A DNA stretch of 64,000 nucleotides, from positions 124,001-188,000 of the forward strand of contig JAQGDQ010000066.1 in NCBI GenBank assembly GCA_030141605.1, written 5' to 3'. The notes below the pieces were generated by a model, which had not been told where the DNA came from, did no database searches, and was given only the letters and a program-made list of their open reading frames with translations. The DNA comes from Tubiluchus corallicola. Lineage: Eukaryota; Animalia; Priapulida. The translations under genes and the position numbers were made by a program. This document shows positions 23,246-37,623 of this stretch, piece after piece; positions within the stretch are counted from its first letter, which is position 1; every line of letters starts with the position of its first letter.

Positions 23246-26200
23246 TCATGCCAACTCGTAGTATTTCTGAGTCTTAGGATCAAAATAGCAGTTCAGGGAC
23301 GGATCGTAGAGCAAATCCAACATGTCCTCTTCCTGTTCACTGTCCACAGCATCTATAGCTGGAAAATAAAGTTTTACTATTGCTTTTTTGTGCAACTTGA
23401 CACTCTGCAAGCTGGGATGTAGTGCTCAATACATGCCTAATACTAATGTCATATAGTTTTTAGCAGAAATAGCAAGGATGGCATTTTGAGATGTAGCACC
23501 TAATATAGCTGAAATATAAGCATGTTCACATGCATTTAAGAGAGATAACCAGAGACACTATGCCCCCCCCCCAATAGCAATTTTCTTAGCAGTCACCTAT
23601 TTACTAAGTGGGTTTGGAACTGCAGAACTTTACACTTAAGCGCACGCTTCGAACTACTATGAACTATGAATTTTATTTCACACATCAAAATACAATATTG
23701 TACACATAAATAAACAATAAACAAAATGATTTGAGTAGTGTGAGGTGAGTGTACGACCATACGGTCATTAACACACTCACCTTACTTAAATGAAAATAAA
23801 ATAAAGTTATGCGTGCTTTTGTAGATGACTCAATGAAATTGATGTAATAAAGTAAATGATGTAATAATAGCAAGAAAACATAATATGGAATTACGATTTT
23901 GATATATTGAAATAAGTTTGAAATAAAGTAAATGATGTAATAATAGCAAGGAAACATAAGGAAAACATAATATGTAATTACGATTTTGATATAGGCTGCG
24001 AAGAATGAATAATTTCATTTAAATTGATTTATATCTTTTACTAATAAAGTAACAAAGGTCGTAATGGTACCTATTAGTAAAAGAAGCACTTATTTCCCTA
24101 TTAATGAAATAATGCATTTGTAGTGCAACATTTATACACTTTGGCCAATGATTTATTGCACTGTTCCAATTTACTGGATTTCAATCCATAGAATAGTTGC
24201 TAATGGTATATGTAATCCACATGTCACAGTTTTATTTCCAAGTAAACTTTTTTCCTGTGTTACGGGCTGCCAGAAAAAAATCAAGGACAAACCAGCTACA
24301 GTGTTAGGGGAGGGGCGGGGAGGAACAAGTGCCTTTTTTCTGGTATTTAAAGTATATGCAAACCATTCAGTGCTGTGCTAATGGAAAAGAACTTGTTGTT
24401 TAGAACATTTTTATTTAAATAAACTGAATTAGTTGAATAATCATAAATAATACTGTAACAGTGTAACAGACTTGTCAAATGACAATGACTGTAGATCCTA
24501 TTCTATGGAACCTACAGTTACTGTCACTTAATAAGTACCTATATGTTTGCAACTAGTTTTGTTACTTTGTATAAGCCATAATCATTATCATTTAAATAGT
24601 TAGTGGTATTACACAATTATGTATTCAAATCTGCCAGTTAAATTTTCAAGAACTAATGTACTCAACAAAACTTAATTAAGCAAATACCTGACAGCATGAA
24701 TGTAAACTTGTTACATGAAAATAGAACTAATAATGATGATTTAATTTAAATATCAGCATTCTTACAAAAATTTAATTATTTAGACTAAGACACACCTAAT
24801 TTCTGCTTTTAACTCTATTCTAAGTATCTTATAGTTTAATGTAAACATGGTAAGGAAAAGTACGACCCAAACTTGCTGTTTAAGATAATTTAATATCAAG
24901 TGCACCAGTGGGTCGAAGCATTTTAAAAGGCGTGTGCAGTGAGCATGTAAACTGTATGCACAATGACATCAAGCTGGAAAAAACATATTTCGTTTACGTT
25001 ACGCACTTTCGAGGTAAAATCGAGGACAGTAAGCTGGAAGACGTGAAAATTCAGTGGCAATCCTACCTGCATATGACTGCTTTTACAATTCAAATTCCAA
25101 CAAAAGAATATATTGGAAAATTTGGTACAAAATTATATTATAAGAACAAATCTAATAAAACAAAAAGCGTAATTAAATTTAAAGCTGTTATTTTTACTAG
25201 TCCGTAAAGTGTAAAACTATAATGGAATACTTGGACATGAATTACCTGGAAGCTTATCACGTGTTATAGCAGATTCAACTGACTTCCCCACAGCCGCTGA
25301 AGGACTGAATGATGTCGTCCATTCTCTACAGAAAAATAACAAAAAAATCATGCTATTGATTGATCAGCCTTAGCATTGCTTAACTTCAGGTTTAAAGCAC
25401 ACGTGTGTAACCACTCAACTATTTTGCAAATAGTTGGCATATAGAAAGAATTTTACTAATGTCTAACATGCAAATTAAAAATTATATTAATTATTTACCT
25501 AGGGTTAGACGTGTTTAAGGTGTTTCCAGGCGATGGTTGCAACATCTCATCCTCGTAATGGCTCTCCTCTGCCACTAACTGCATTACAAATAAGGAAAAT
25601 AATATAAGTTATATAATTATTTCAATAGGTATGTGCAGATAAATGAAGGAAGGCACAATTATGAAGCAATGATGATCAAAATAAGAACACTCCTCAAAAT
25701 AAAGCTTGGAATTAACTCTGTAAAGGGCAAAGCTTTGACAATACATAAGGGGCTTATTCTTGGGAATTTCTTGTATTTTTGAATATGCAAAGCAACAAAT
25801 TTTGTCAACTAGTTCATCAACTTATTCGTATAAGAGTTTAAAATTTCGAAGTTGAGTCACATACGACACGTATTATTAATAAAATGTAGTTTCAACCATT
25901 TAAACATTAAAATTATGCACGTAAACTTTATAACTCGAGTCTTAGACAATTGGTCTTTAGTAGTAACTTCTGTAGTAAACATTCATATAATACATTGCAT
26001 GGCAACTTTGAAGAAAATTTCTTCAGGTCTCACAAAATCCTTGAAAAAACACCAGTATAGGATTTGAAATTTGTAAATTTAAGAATCTGTTTTATATACA
26101 AATATGTGATAATAAAACAGAAAAAATGGATTTTTTATACGTGAGTGATGCACAGATACGTACAGAATTAATGTTGTATACAGTCAAAATATGTCAGTAC

Positions 26201-29200
26201 AAATGAATGTGTCTTGCTAATTAATTAACTAATTAAGGAATAGATTGCTACAATTTTTCTACTCTAAACTAAAGACATCCTAATTAGTCATCAAATTTAG
26301 TTACCAAATTTCAACCACAAATGGCTAATACTTTTGTAGTTAAAAAAAGTGATAGACAAAGTAAGTGAATCAGTGGATTTTTTCTACAATCCAAGCTATA
26401 ATTTAGCTTTTCCACTGTTCCAACACAGTTATTGCAAAATTCAGATATGAATGCTATTGCGTTACCGGAGGTTTCCATGTTCCTGTCATTAGCTCTCCTG
26501 TATCTCCACCAGTACTCTGAAGAGAATTCTCATAAATAGTTACGGCCGTTGCCGTATTTTCCGATTCCTACAAAAGTCAAAATGACTATTTTGATCCAAA
26601 AAAGTATATAAGTACATAACTATAATGAAATTACTTGAGTACAATTGCCAGCAGCAAAATTTTTGCTGCGATAAGGCCACAAAGCTGTTCCCATATGCAC
26701 TCATATGATCTCGTTATAATTTTGTCAAAATTTTGTCAATTTTCATCGAGCACAAAGAAAAGTCACCCCAGCATGGTAAAATCTCTAAACAAACTTACTC
26801 AATATAAAAAGTTTGCGGCACGATTACATTACAATGACTTTTGGAAAATAACTAGTTTATCAGATATGAAATTACCACAAAAGCTGATTTTCTTTCAACA
26901 AAATAATAGGTTACAGGCCCAATGGCATAAATATGTTACGCTAGTAAGACTGAAATTCTGCTGCCAAATCGTAATTCCAAAGTGACATCGAATCTAACGA
27001 CTTCACATTATCAAACTAAAATTTATGGCAAAATAGTTTGCTTTTTACAGTTCAACTTCTGCAAGCCCTATACTCAGAGCATTACTGATGCTTGGTTATG
27101 AAGGAATTGCAACCTATCACATTATCAAGGATAATCTTCTAAAATCCTGATAGCTGGTTGAAATGTCATAGCCATATCTGGATGTCTATACATTCCTACT
27201 GAACACGAAACTGTCCAAAATAAACTTTGAACCAGGCACGCACTTATCCGTTTGCTGACCAAACTCAACATTATTTTATTTCCGTCATTAAGCACACACC
27301 ATGCTCACATCTGCTCTCAATTCACTTCACAAAAAATTACTCAAGAAATGGATTAGCAGTCTAATAATAGCAAAGCCAGTAGCAAAACTACTAAATGGCT
27401 AGACTGACTAATTTTGTACCGGGTCGTTGTGGGCAGCATCTTCATTTTCCTCTCTTCTCAAAAGCTCCAACATTCTGGCTTCATATGAGGCCGTTAGGTC
27501 CTGCATCTGATACTTGCTGGCATCATAATCATCCCTGGCATCATCACGCACTTCAGGCTTCTTTAACGTCTGTAAAACAGAGTTTTATGATTTAAAGTGT
27601 CCTTTGTGTTTTACTAAAACTTAGTGTGCGCCAGTCATTGGTAGTTGTTATAATATCAATGTTGTGTATTTCTTGCATCTGGACATAATTTAATAACACA
27701 CCACACACCTGTACAAACCTGAAGCACAAAAGATCACTGATTTGGAGACTGTGCTTGCAATGAAGAGTTTTCATTAAGTTCAGTCTCTACAGCCTGTGAA
27801 TTAAACCTATAGTTTTTCGTTACGCTGTGGATTTTATCAAAGGTAAACAAAGACACATTGGCAGATATAAAATTTTAACACCCATTAAATGCAGCACAAT
27901 TAGTGTTCCATTTGGGACATTCTAAACAAACTGAACATATTTTACACTTTAACAATGATATTACAACAGTCATCATGTGAGACTCTGTTTGCAGCTGCAA
28001 GATGATTAATCTGTAGGCCAGGAAATGTCATTTATAATAGTTTCTGTGTGAAAAGTTTTGATTAGCCACCGTGATTCCTTGCTTCTACTATAACGAGTCT
28101 TCAGTATTTATTAAATTTGTACATGAAGTATGCAGCACAATATGGTATTAAGGTGAACTATACAAAAACAAAACTTTTAAAATTCAAACCGATAAATTAT
28201 ACTAGGTTCCCCACAGCAGAAACTAATATCATTAAATCTTGTACAGAAGAAAAGTACCTTGGCCATCTTTTAACAACAGATAAAACAGACAATACGGATA
28301 CTGACCGACAGCGTCGTTTGATCTACATTTGCTCAAACAAATTAATTCGATATTTTTCTAACTGCAGTACAGAAGTCAAACGAACTTTGTTCAAAGCATA
28401 TTGCTCTAACTTTTATTGTGCCGCATTATGGAATAACTATTACGACTACAGCTTAAATAATTTAAAAGTTGCTTATAATAAAGGGATCAGAATTTTGTTT
28501 AATCTACCTTATGACTGCTCGGCTAGACAAATGTATATAGAACTAAGTTTATCATATTATGATTTTATTATTAGAAGATCTATTTATTCACTAAAAATTA
28601 GAGCTACTAACACTTACAATGAATTGATAAATAATATATTTACCAGTGACTGTTTATTTATATCTAGATTGTATAAGCATTGGAATAAATGCCTGCATAC
28701 TGTAGCCCAATAAAGCAAAGTTGTAAATATTGTAAATACTTAATTAACTATATTTAATTGTGAGAGATTACTAATCAATAATTGTATATTGATTTATGTA
28801 AGTTTGATTGTGAACTTGTAATTTGTATTGTAATATGGACTTTGTTCTGAAATAAAAATATTCAGTCAATCAATCAATCAAATACAGAAAAGATACAATA
28901 AATGGACTATATTACACAAATGACAGAAACTTCTTTAACTGCTCTCTCACTCACGTGCAGAACTTATTAACTGATTGTCTAACTCCAATCCAGGTAGTGG
29001 TCACTGAGCGTCATCTCAAAAGGCCATGGATTCAGTTCCAGAACAATTGAGCTACCTCCACAATTTTCTCTTTTCACAAACTAACCTTTCAATCAGTAAT
29101 GCACATGAAAAAAGGAAAACATAAGTAATCATAAACAGATGCAATTTTACTAGGGTTGGGAAGAACAGCTAAATAACTGATATGCCAAAAAAAGGAAAAC

Positions 29201-32200
29201 TTATAAAATTTACATAACTTACCAGCGACTGCCTGACTTCCTCATTTGACAATTCGCGCAGTGTTTTTCTGTTAACGCTAGTTCTGGTCTTCAATTTACT
29301 CTCCTGACCATGTGCTGTGCATGTAGGAGCTCCAGATGTAGAAACAACTGTCACAACGTCCTTCTCAACAAATTCCACAGGATTTTCACCTAAGCTATTT
29401 TTATAATTGTCGCTATGGTAAATATTTTCAGTTGGGGTTTTGTAATTGTCGCTGTCATAAGCATTAGTTCTGTTGGCCTCTTGCTTATCTAATTTTCCAT
29501 CAAGCTGGGAGACATTTTTACTAGAAACATTTCTGGGTTTACGTCGATCTGAAAAATATTTGAATCAAATTATGTAAAAATAACATATTTATATACAAAT
29601 ATGTGACACATAAGCTTTCCAATGAAATTATATTAGCTTTTGTAAACAATTCCTAGTGACCATTTAAATGTACCAAATTTAATTTAACCGATTTCTAAAT
29701 CATAACGACTTAAAACGACATACAACAAAATGAACAACATCTTACCACTTCTGTTTGACTGATCACTCAATGCATCACCAGTGTCATCGTCAAGGACAAA
29801 ATCAGATTCAGGACTAGCCATTTGTCTTGATAAAGTCACTCCCTTCTGGAAAAATATTGAATGGTGTTAAACACTCATGTAGCAAATGCAATGTGAATAT
29901 ATAAATGTATGTGTTCTGTGAAAGATGTAAACAGATGTAAAGATGTAAAAATCAGTAAACAGCATAAAACGTAGCGAAAAGTGAAAGGAAAAGATGGTGA
30001 GAAAATTGTTACAATACACAGTTGCATTTTACTACTGCAGAAAGTAAAGCGTTGTAGCACTTCGGCTGTTTATCGTCTTTCTTTTACGACTTCGAAACCT
30101 TCGAGTAGGAGTCCAGTGATCAAAGGCAGATTCTACTCAAACTAGATGGTTGAGGTGAGAATGGGACTTGATTCATTATAAGGCTATGCCGTTAGGATGA
30201 GCCGCTGGACTGACAAAGGTGTCTCGGCCACGTTCCAATTTGTCTACTTCTTCTCTCTATGAAATAAACAGCCTTAAGCAGAACGAAAGTGCCCAGAGCA
30301 AGAACTGAAGCAGTTCATCCATCCTAACATTGACGAGTTTTAACTTCGGTTGCTAAGAGAACACCAAGAATGTGGGACATACACTTTGCCTCATTTTTCT
30401 CGAGAACATTTGTATGGTCTACTGTATGCTTACCTTTGCTGGTGTGCACACTGGACTTACTGGGGATATTGTCCTATGTGGTGCAACTGATGGCGGTGAC
30501 TCAAACCGGTACAATCTGTCTGGTGGAGACTCACCCTTTCCCCTACAAACAAAACAATAAAACTATGTAAAATGATAAACAATATAATATAAACAAATTA
30601 AACTAATTTTTACAGAAAACGTCTGCACAAAAATTATTTTTATACGTATACTAACTTCTGTTAATTCAATATTAAACTTAGATGGCAGCAACACTATCTC
30701 TGTGCCATCTATAACTGCTACGCAGTATGTTGACTCTTTGAACTTTAGTTTAATATAGAGGGTCAAAGTAATAAATGGAGAATTCGTGAAATAAATGACA
30801 CACAGAAAGACAATCAATATAATTTAACTGAATACAATCAAAATTTATGAATGTTGTCTGGGTGTCTGATCTGTCGTGAGTACATGTCATCCCTCCAAAA
30901 ACTCAGTGCAGAGTGACAGATAAAGCTGGTAAATTCTAAATATGCTCTCACCAAGTGTTTCAATTTAGCTAAAACTTGTTCATCAGTTTACTAATACAAA
31001 CAAACCTCTGGGTCATATCCCCATTAGATCCTTTGTGCTGGACCCGCCTAATCTGGCCAGCCATTGGTAAAATATTCTGATTTAGGCTATTTATTATATC
31101 CTCAACCGAATCGCCTTCTGCCAGACGTAAATCCTTCGATTCTTTATCATTCTTTAGACGTCTATTAACAGGCGTACTGGAAGGAGGCAACTTGTGAACA
31201 TTTGCGCGACGAGAGCGGACGGATGATTTTGAGCTTTCTTCAGAAGATGACTGACTGGCATTTGTGATGGATATGTTCCCTGTACTTTTACTTTTTGGCA
31301 CCCCTATAGTAGTAAAATAAGTAGTATGGCATTAATTAACAGTCAAGCAAAAAATATCATGATTAAGCATATATTAGCATATTATTACTTTTGACACAAA
31401 TTTTAATAGACGGCAACCGCAACAAGCAAATAGTGTTATTATTTGTCATATTGGACATTACATGGCGACATCCACTGGCAGGAAATAGGAAGCATCATAT
31501 TCTGGTGAGTAATAATAATTTTAGGAAGGAGTTACAATTACCCAGACAATTTAAATACACTAACCCTTTACAAACAGCTAGTAAATGTACCGAAAATTGA
31601 GAAGGATAAGTTTAGGTACTAGCTCACTGTAGACTGAAACAGAAATGTAATTGTATAGTTTAGCAATAGACACAACTCAAAGAAATAATGAAATGAATTA
31701 TGAAAAGTACAAGACTCTAAGGAACAGGCCAATACCTGTTGGTGCCTGCAACGTCGAACTGCCTTGTTGTTCAGCACTGCGAACATGAAACTGCCGTTTT
31801 CGAATTTCGGCAGATCGAGACTGTCGTGGTCTCTCCTGTGGAGGTTGTGGAATGATGTTCTCACCTGTGTTGTAATATTTATGTAGTATGAGGTAAACTA
31901 GTGTTGTTTAGTTTACTTGCCAATTCAATCTGTGGCAAAGTTGCGTGACCATCCCAGCAATAGCAGCTTTTTAAATTTTTGAGCATGATAGCTTGCTGTG
32001 GAAAACAGTACAGTACTATTTTTCTAAGAGAAGGTTGTTAGCTTATTAGTAATTTGACAAAATTGACGAAATTGGTTTGTTGTGGGGAAATCTTGTTCTA
32101 ATCACAAAAAAGAAGCATACTGTATAAGTGAACAAAACTTGCAACCTATCAGCTTTATTAGACTTAGTGATTTATCAGAAGTTCTGAAAAAAATAATTTG

Positions 32201-35200
32201 AGTATGTGAAATAGAAATGCCTAAAAATTATTAGTAAATCTGACGTACATGAAAAACAGAACTGCATACAGAACTTTTGATGATGAATCAAGCTACTAAT
32301 TTTGAATAGTAAAGTCTAATAAAGTTGTTATGTCACAAACTTTGTTCATAAATGCCATATCTTTCATTTTTATAATTCACTAATTACCCATACAAGAAAG
32401 CTTGAAATCAAATTTCAAAATTTCTGAAATCACTAGTTTTAAATCACGCCTTTTGACAAAACCACTATTTCATAAATCACCATTTCACAAAATTACTTTT
32501 ACTAGATAGGCCTGGGAAAGGTAACAAAAATTACTAACTCATTTACAGATACTCAACTTTTACTAGATAGGCCTGGGAAAGGTAACAAAAATTACTAACT
32601 CATTAACAGATACTCAACGATCAATTACAAAAATTAAAGTGCAGCTAGGAATTCACTGTAAAAAAAATCAGTGTACTTTAACTTATTCATAGAAAAAGTT
32701 TCAAAACTTAAATTTAATTCACTTAGCAGTTAGGCTACACTTACTTTTAAACACATAATCATAAATTCAGCATTGGTTTCTACAAGTAAGTGAAAATGTA
32801 CATACCTTGAGCTTGTGGCCTTTTCGGTCCTGAAGACACTCTTTTTTTACTTGTTACTGGCTCTGGTATAGGAACACGAGAACCAAAAGCAATATGGGTG
32901 CCCTTATTATCCTCTTTTGAGTTTCTTCTGCTGCTATTACTCGACAAGATAGAACCACCTAAAATCAGTTGTCAGAATTTTGTCATCAGTGCACATTTTT
33001 AAGTAAATACAGGGTGTTTCAGAAAAAACAGAGCAGTAGATAAAGCTAATATGCATATATTGGAATGTACAACAATGAAATCGAACCGTAGGAAAAGTGG
33101 TGTTATGCAAATATAATTTCATTTTGATGTCATTATGATGTTCAGATTCACACTGTATGAAGCAAGTTGCTCAAAGCAACCAATCTAATGAACAGAAGAA
33201 TGTTTTTCATAACAATCAATTACAATCAGTTATAGAATTCAATCAACTATAACGCTATTTTACAAGAATTACGACGATGAAAAATCATTGTATCTAAGTA
33301 GTAACCCCAGTGGACTATGTGTTATTGCGCAAAGGTAATTAGCGTAACGCTACTTGATTTCCCCATAAGGACAGCTATATTTGTCAAGCGACCTTTGCAG
33401 ATTTTCAGAAAAAGAAGATAAGTCAGCAACACATTTGATTTGCATTGGCAAGTGAAAAAATAATCGATGATCAGAAACAAAAATTGATTGTAACTGATTG
33501 AATCAATTAACTGGTTGACCACCAAATGCATACAAAGTGTGTTTAAACAGATGTGCACTTACAAGAATCACTGGAATCGGTTCTCTGATAAGTTCTAGGA
33601 GATGTAGCTATTAAACTTGATGTTATTCTTGCAAATGTGATGACCTAGAAATACATTAATCAGGTTACACAAAAACACAAAAACTTCAGATTACCCGTGC
33701 TGCATTAATACAAACACCTTAGCACCTTTTTAGCATTATAGTAAGTCCCTAGCTTAAAGAGGTTTCGTTTCAATGACATTGAACATTTGTCAGCTTTTTC
33801 TCACTTAACGACGTGTTTCATTTTAACGATGATTTTTTTGCTTTGTTTGATTTTATTTTATGACTTTATTTTAGCAACAACTTTTTTACCTGATTTGAAA
33901 CATTAAAACAGTACCTATTGCATTATTTTTTCCAAGCATCTCCAGGCATAGGATGCAAACTTTATTCAAAGAAGTTTTGCCTGCAATCTGTTGCTATAGC
34001 AACCAGTATCTGGACGAAATTGTTCCAAGGCCACCTCTGGGCCTGGCTTTTACTGCGCTGGGTTTTACCACCAATTGCACACATATGGCTTCCACATTAA
34101 CAAAAGAGAAACCGCTAGTTACGTAGTGGTAAAAGAAATAAGTGGTTTCAAACAAGCAGAAAGAGATTACTCAGTAGAAATGTGAATAAAATTCATAAAG
34201 CATTTAAATTATGTGAATTAAGAAGCATTGATTTTTTTCACATATCTCAATTTTTTTACAATAGTTTCTATGTAAGTTCTGACTTCATTTAACGACTTTT
34301 TGCTTAACTCGCATTTTGCTGTAATAAATAACGTCATTAAGCAAGGACTTATTGTACTGCACAATTGGCAATTTCTACTATATGTACCAAATTTAGTCAC
34401 TTTTAGAACTCTTAGAAAACTTTTAGAAAATAAAGTGAAACACAATTAAATGTGCAGGGTTACCTGTGTGATACATGTCAGGTCTGAAGGCAACTTGTAC
34501 ATGGGTGGAATCTCTTCTGAATCACCATCATTAATCCCACACATTTCAACTAAATATAGCAAAAATAGTTATGATATTACTGCATCATGTAACACCCATA
34601 ACAGGCAATCTAAATTTCGCAAATAAAAGTCATAGTGGTACTTTCATCAGATAACATAACATAACTCCATAAACTTCAATAAAACACTATTAAATAAAAA
34701 ATTTGCAGTGCATGAACAAGACGTTGCCACATGAATTATTCAGTAAGACTAAGGTAACTCGTTAATCAATATTTAACCAAAACCAGTTCAGTGCATGTCT
34801 TAGCACAAAATTGAAAGGCTGAAAATTATCTAAGAAGGCAAGAATAAATTATCTACGAAGAATTTATTCCTGAAATCAAACAACGACGAAAATCCTAACC
34901 AAAGACATATAAACAGTTGGCACATGTGCGACTCAATCATTTGTTACGAAAACTTTTAAAAACGCTTATTAATAACCTACCATTATCACCGGTTGTATCA
35001 GTTGGTTGGCACTTCATAGTAAATAAACGACGTAACCGACAATTGGCACACACAGTTAAACAGTCAATGACTTTATAGGAATGACCTTTCCACAATGCAG
35101 GAACCAGTGACAGAATATCAATGCCAAGATGAAGCCACTAAAACCATAAATTAGAAAATTAATGTAAAAGTAATACACCGGATTTTCTTTAAAAAAAATT

Positions 35201-37623
35201 AAGGTTAGTTGACGTTCTTGTGCAGCTGTATGTGAATTTCCAATAAATAGGTCCTAATAGAACTATAACAGAAAATTATAGCTAAAAACGTATTCCTAAG
35301 TGAAGTGGTAATCGAATCATAATAAGAAAATTATGGCTAAATGCCATATTTATCCATGAAGCCATACTTCAAACAGTCGTCTCTTAGGCAACAATGAATA
35401 CAAAGTCTTAAGGGAGCACATAAAAATTAAATAAATAAGGCCGAAAGCATTAAAGAACAAAAATTAGTTTTACTACCAATTATTAAACATTTTTTTAGCC
35501 ATTGCTAATACACTTCATGGCAATATATTGTTAATAAAAGCAATTATAATTTTAACAACACAAGGTCCTGATAGGCATGTGCATCACAATTTTGTTCCAC
35601 GACTCTTATGGCAAATTAAACCATAATTCGTGCTTTATCTAGCTTAGATACTGATAATGTATCACTAATCCAATAATAATCAGTAGATATATTACTTCAC
35701 TTAGCATAACATTCTACATTTAATGAACATCTTAAGAATCAGCTGCCTTGTTAATGAGCCAAGCACTTTATGATTTTCGAACAATTACTATAATACTATA
35801 ATAAGTAATGTAGATTTAAGTTTATTGCATTTTTTGCATATTACTTACTACTGCACGCTTAACCAAAGATAATGGAAGACGGGCATGAAGAGTAGTAACT
35901 TGTACATCTTTCTGTGCAGTCGACAATGCAATGCGCCTCTTAACTGAACTTGTATCAGTAACACTAAAAAATTACCAAATAAACAAAAACATTCTTTACT
36001 AATAAAGATCAATAATACTAATTAATTTAAAATCAAAATTAAGTGAAGTTTCCATGACAGTTGATATTTTAATAATCTTGATAAATTTTGACAAAAAATT
36101 AAGGTTTACATAAAAATACATCCTTATGAATGTATGTACATCTATACCACAGATAACTATGTATATATAATATAATATACTGCTAGAAATGTTTGACTTT
36201 TCTAATAAAAACTTAATAAAATCTATTATATAGTTGTTTATGAAATGAATATCGTTCTTGTTATAAAGAATTTAAAAACATCATAATACAATATAACCAC
36301 CCCATTACGAAGTAACTTTATGACCACAAAAATTTATGTTTGTTGTCGAGAAAGTGTCATAATCTCTCATTTAAAAGGATTTTGCAATATTTATCTCACT
36401 GCTAAGCTGGTTTTAACACAACATTTACTACTTTTATTATTATTATTTTACAATATAAATATGTTTACAACATTTATTCTATAATTCTGCTATTCTGTAA
36501 TAGCGAAAGAGCAACAAAATAGTCACTGCCTTGTAATGATTGTTTTATCGATGATTGATTTATTGACTGGATTAGAGTCCGTAATAGAATAATCTGTTAC
36601 AGGCACTAATCCAGTCAATCTTAGTGTCATAAATAACATTTCTGAATGTTATTAGTTAATTATTAGTTATTATTAGTTAACAATTGACTAGCACAAATTT
36701 TTTTTATAAAAATCAGTTAACAGTTGATTTCATGTGGTTACGAGGCAAAAATAATATATCACATACCCTATTTCCACGGAGAAGTCTTGTCCAATGGGAA
36801 TATATATTTGCAAGACAATAAACCGTTGTAACAACATCACTAAACAAAATAAAAAACTAATTACACATTACATGGTGTCACTCTGATGCAAATAAGAACA
36901 CTAAATATTAGAAAAAGAGTATATATAAAACAATGAGAGCAAATTATACACCAAGATAAGAAATAAAAAAGAGTGATAAATAAAAAAATGAAAATTATCT
37001 TTCTCATTCAACTTACGATTAATTTTGGAATCCTTTGGTATCTGCATTCGAGCAGTAGTACTTGTGCCCTCCAGCGAGTACACATAACCCTTTGTCTGTT
37101 TGTCATATACCTAGTTATATCACATGCGATACAGTAAAACAACAAATCTGCAAAAACTAGAATATACATGAACTACAAAAGCTGTACTAATTGTTGCTAT
37201 GCAACAAGAATTTTCAGTGCTACGTGAAAAGCCCATACTCAAAAATAAATAATTGACTGTGACAAAGTGATAATCTGCAAAGCCTACGAATCGCTATTCA
37301 AAAATGTTGAAAAGATTTTAAATAAATGGTAATATTTTGAGTAAAATTTTAATCTATTGTTTACATAAGTTTTGCAAAGTTTACTTGGATTATGAATGAG
37401 GTTATACATAAAAAATAATCTAAATTTGACTATTTATAAACTCAAATTTTTTTATAGCAAGGTTAATTAGTGAGTTGGGATATAAAAAATATGAGAAGGT
37501 AAGAGTTTTCCGAACCTTTCGAATGCCAGAACCTCCAGTTAGCTTCCATTTTGCCACTGGATCTTTCCCTTGAGCACTGAATATTTCAACATGAGTGCCA
37601 CCTTGATATTCATTTTTGAACAT
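23246..37623 (-). CDS. CFAP20DC: CFAP20 domain-containing protein (C3orf67 orthologue), complete, ~784 aa
   Basis: 18 phase-consistent GT-AG exons: 37516-37623, 37017-37110, 36767-36839, 35849-35963, 34981-35137, 34464-34549, 33563-33644, 32806-32958, 31736-31864, 31006-31303, 30434-30542, 29746-29845, 29223-29548, 27420-27569, 26466-26567, 25499-25578, 25246-25325, 23246-23358. N-terminus [27 protein letters not shown], then [20 protein letters not shown], and C-terminal [22 protein letters not shown]. Exons in the low-complexity middle are less certain. Confidence 0.92.
23845..23992. repeat. Local tandem duplication (~80 bp unit)
   Basis: AATAAAGTAAATGATGTAATAATAGCAAG and AAAACATAATATG.AATTACGATTTTGATATA each occur twice. 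Confidence 0.75.
28075..28882 (+). mobile_element. 5'-truncated non-LTR retrotransposon (LINE): RT C-terminal region, 3' UTR and tail
   Basis: ORF 28117..28713 has [17 protein letters not shown] and [26 protein letters not shown], typical of the LINE RT thumb/C-terminal region. AATAAA at 28851 is followed by a (TCAA)n tail. It lies antisense in a CFAP20DC intron. Confidence 0.88.
32495..32618. repeat. Near-perfect 61-bp tandem duplication
   Basis: ACTTTTACTAGATAGGCCTGGGAAAGGTAACAAAAATTACTAACTCATT.ACAGATACTCA occurs twice. Confidence 0.92.
33990..34003. promoter_or_regulatory. Palindromic RFX X-box GTTGCTATAGCAAC in a CFAP20DC intron
   Basis: Perfect 14-bp palindrome matching the RFX consensus in a cilia-associated gene. 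Related motifs lie at 37193, 33166 and 30349. Confidence 0.5.

Noticed and set aside
28935-29085. Extra CFAP20DC exon
   Set aside because: The candidate acceptors I tried ran into in-frame stops, and the flanking exons already join in phase.
30060-30352. Coding exon of CFAP20DC in a GC-richer patch
   Set aside because: Stops follow both candidate acceptors; kept only as a possible regulatory region.
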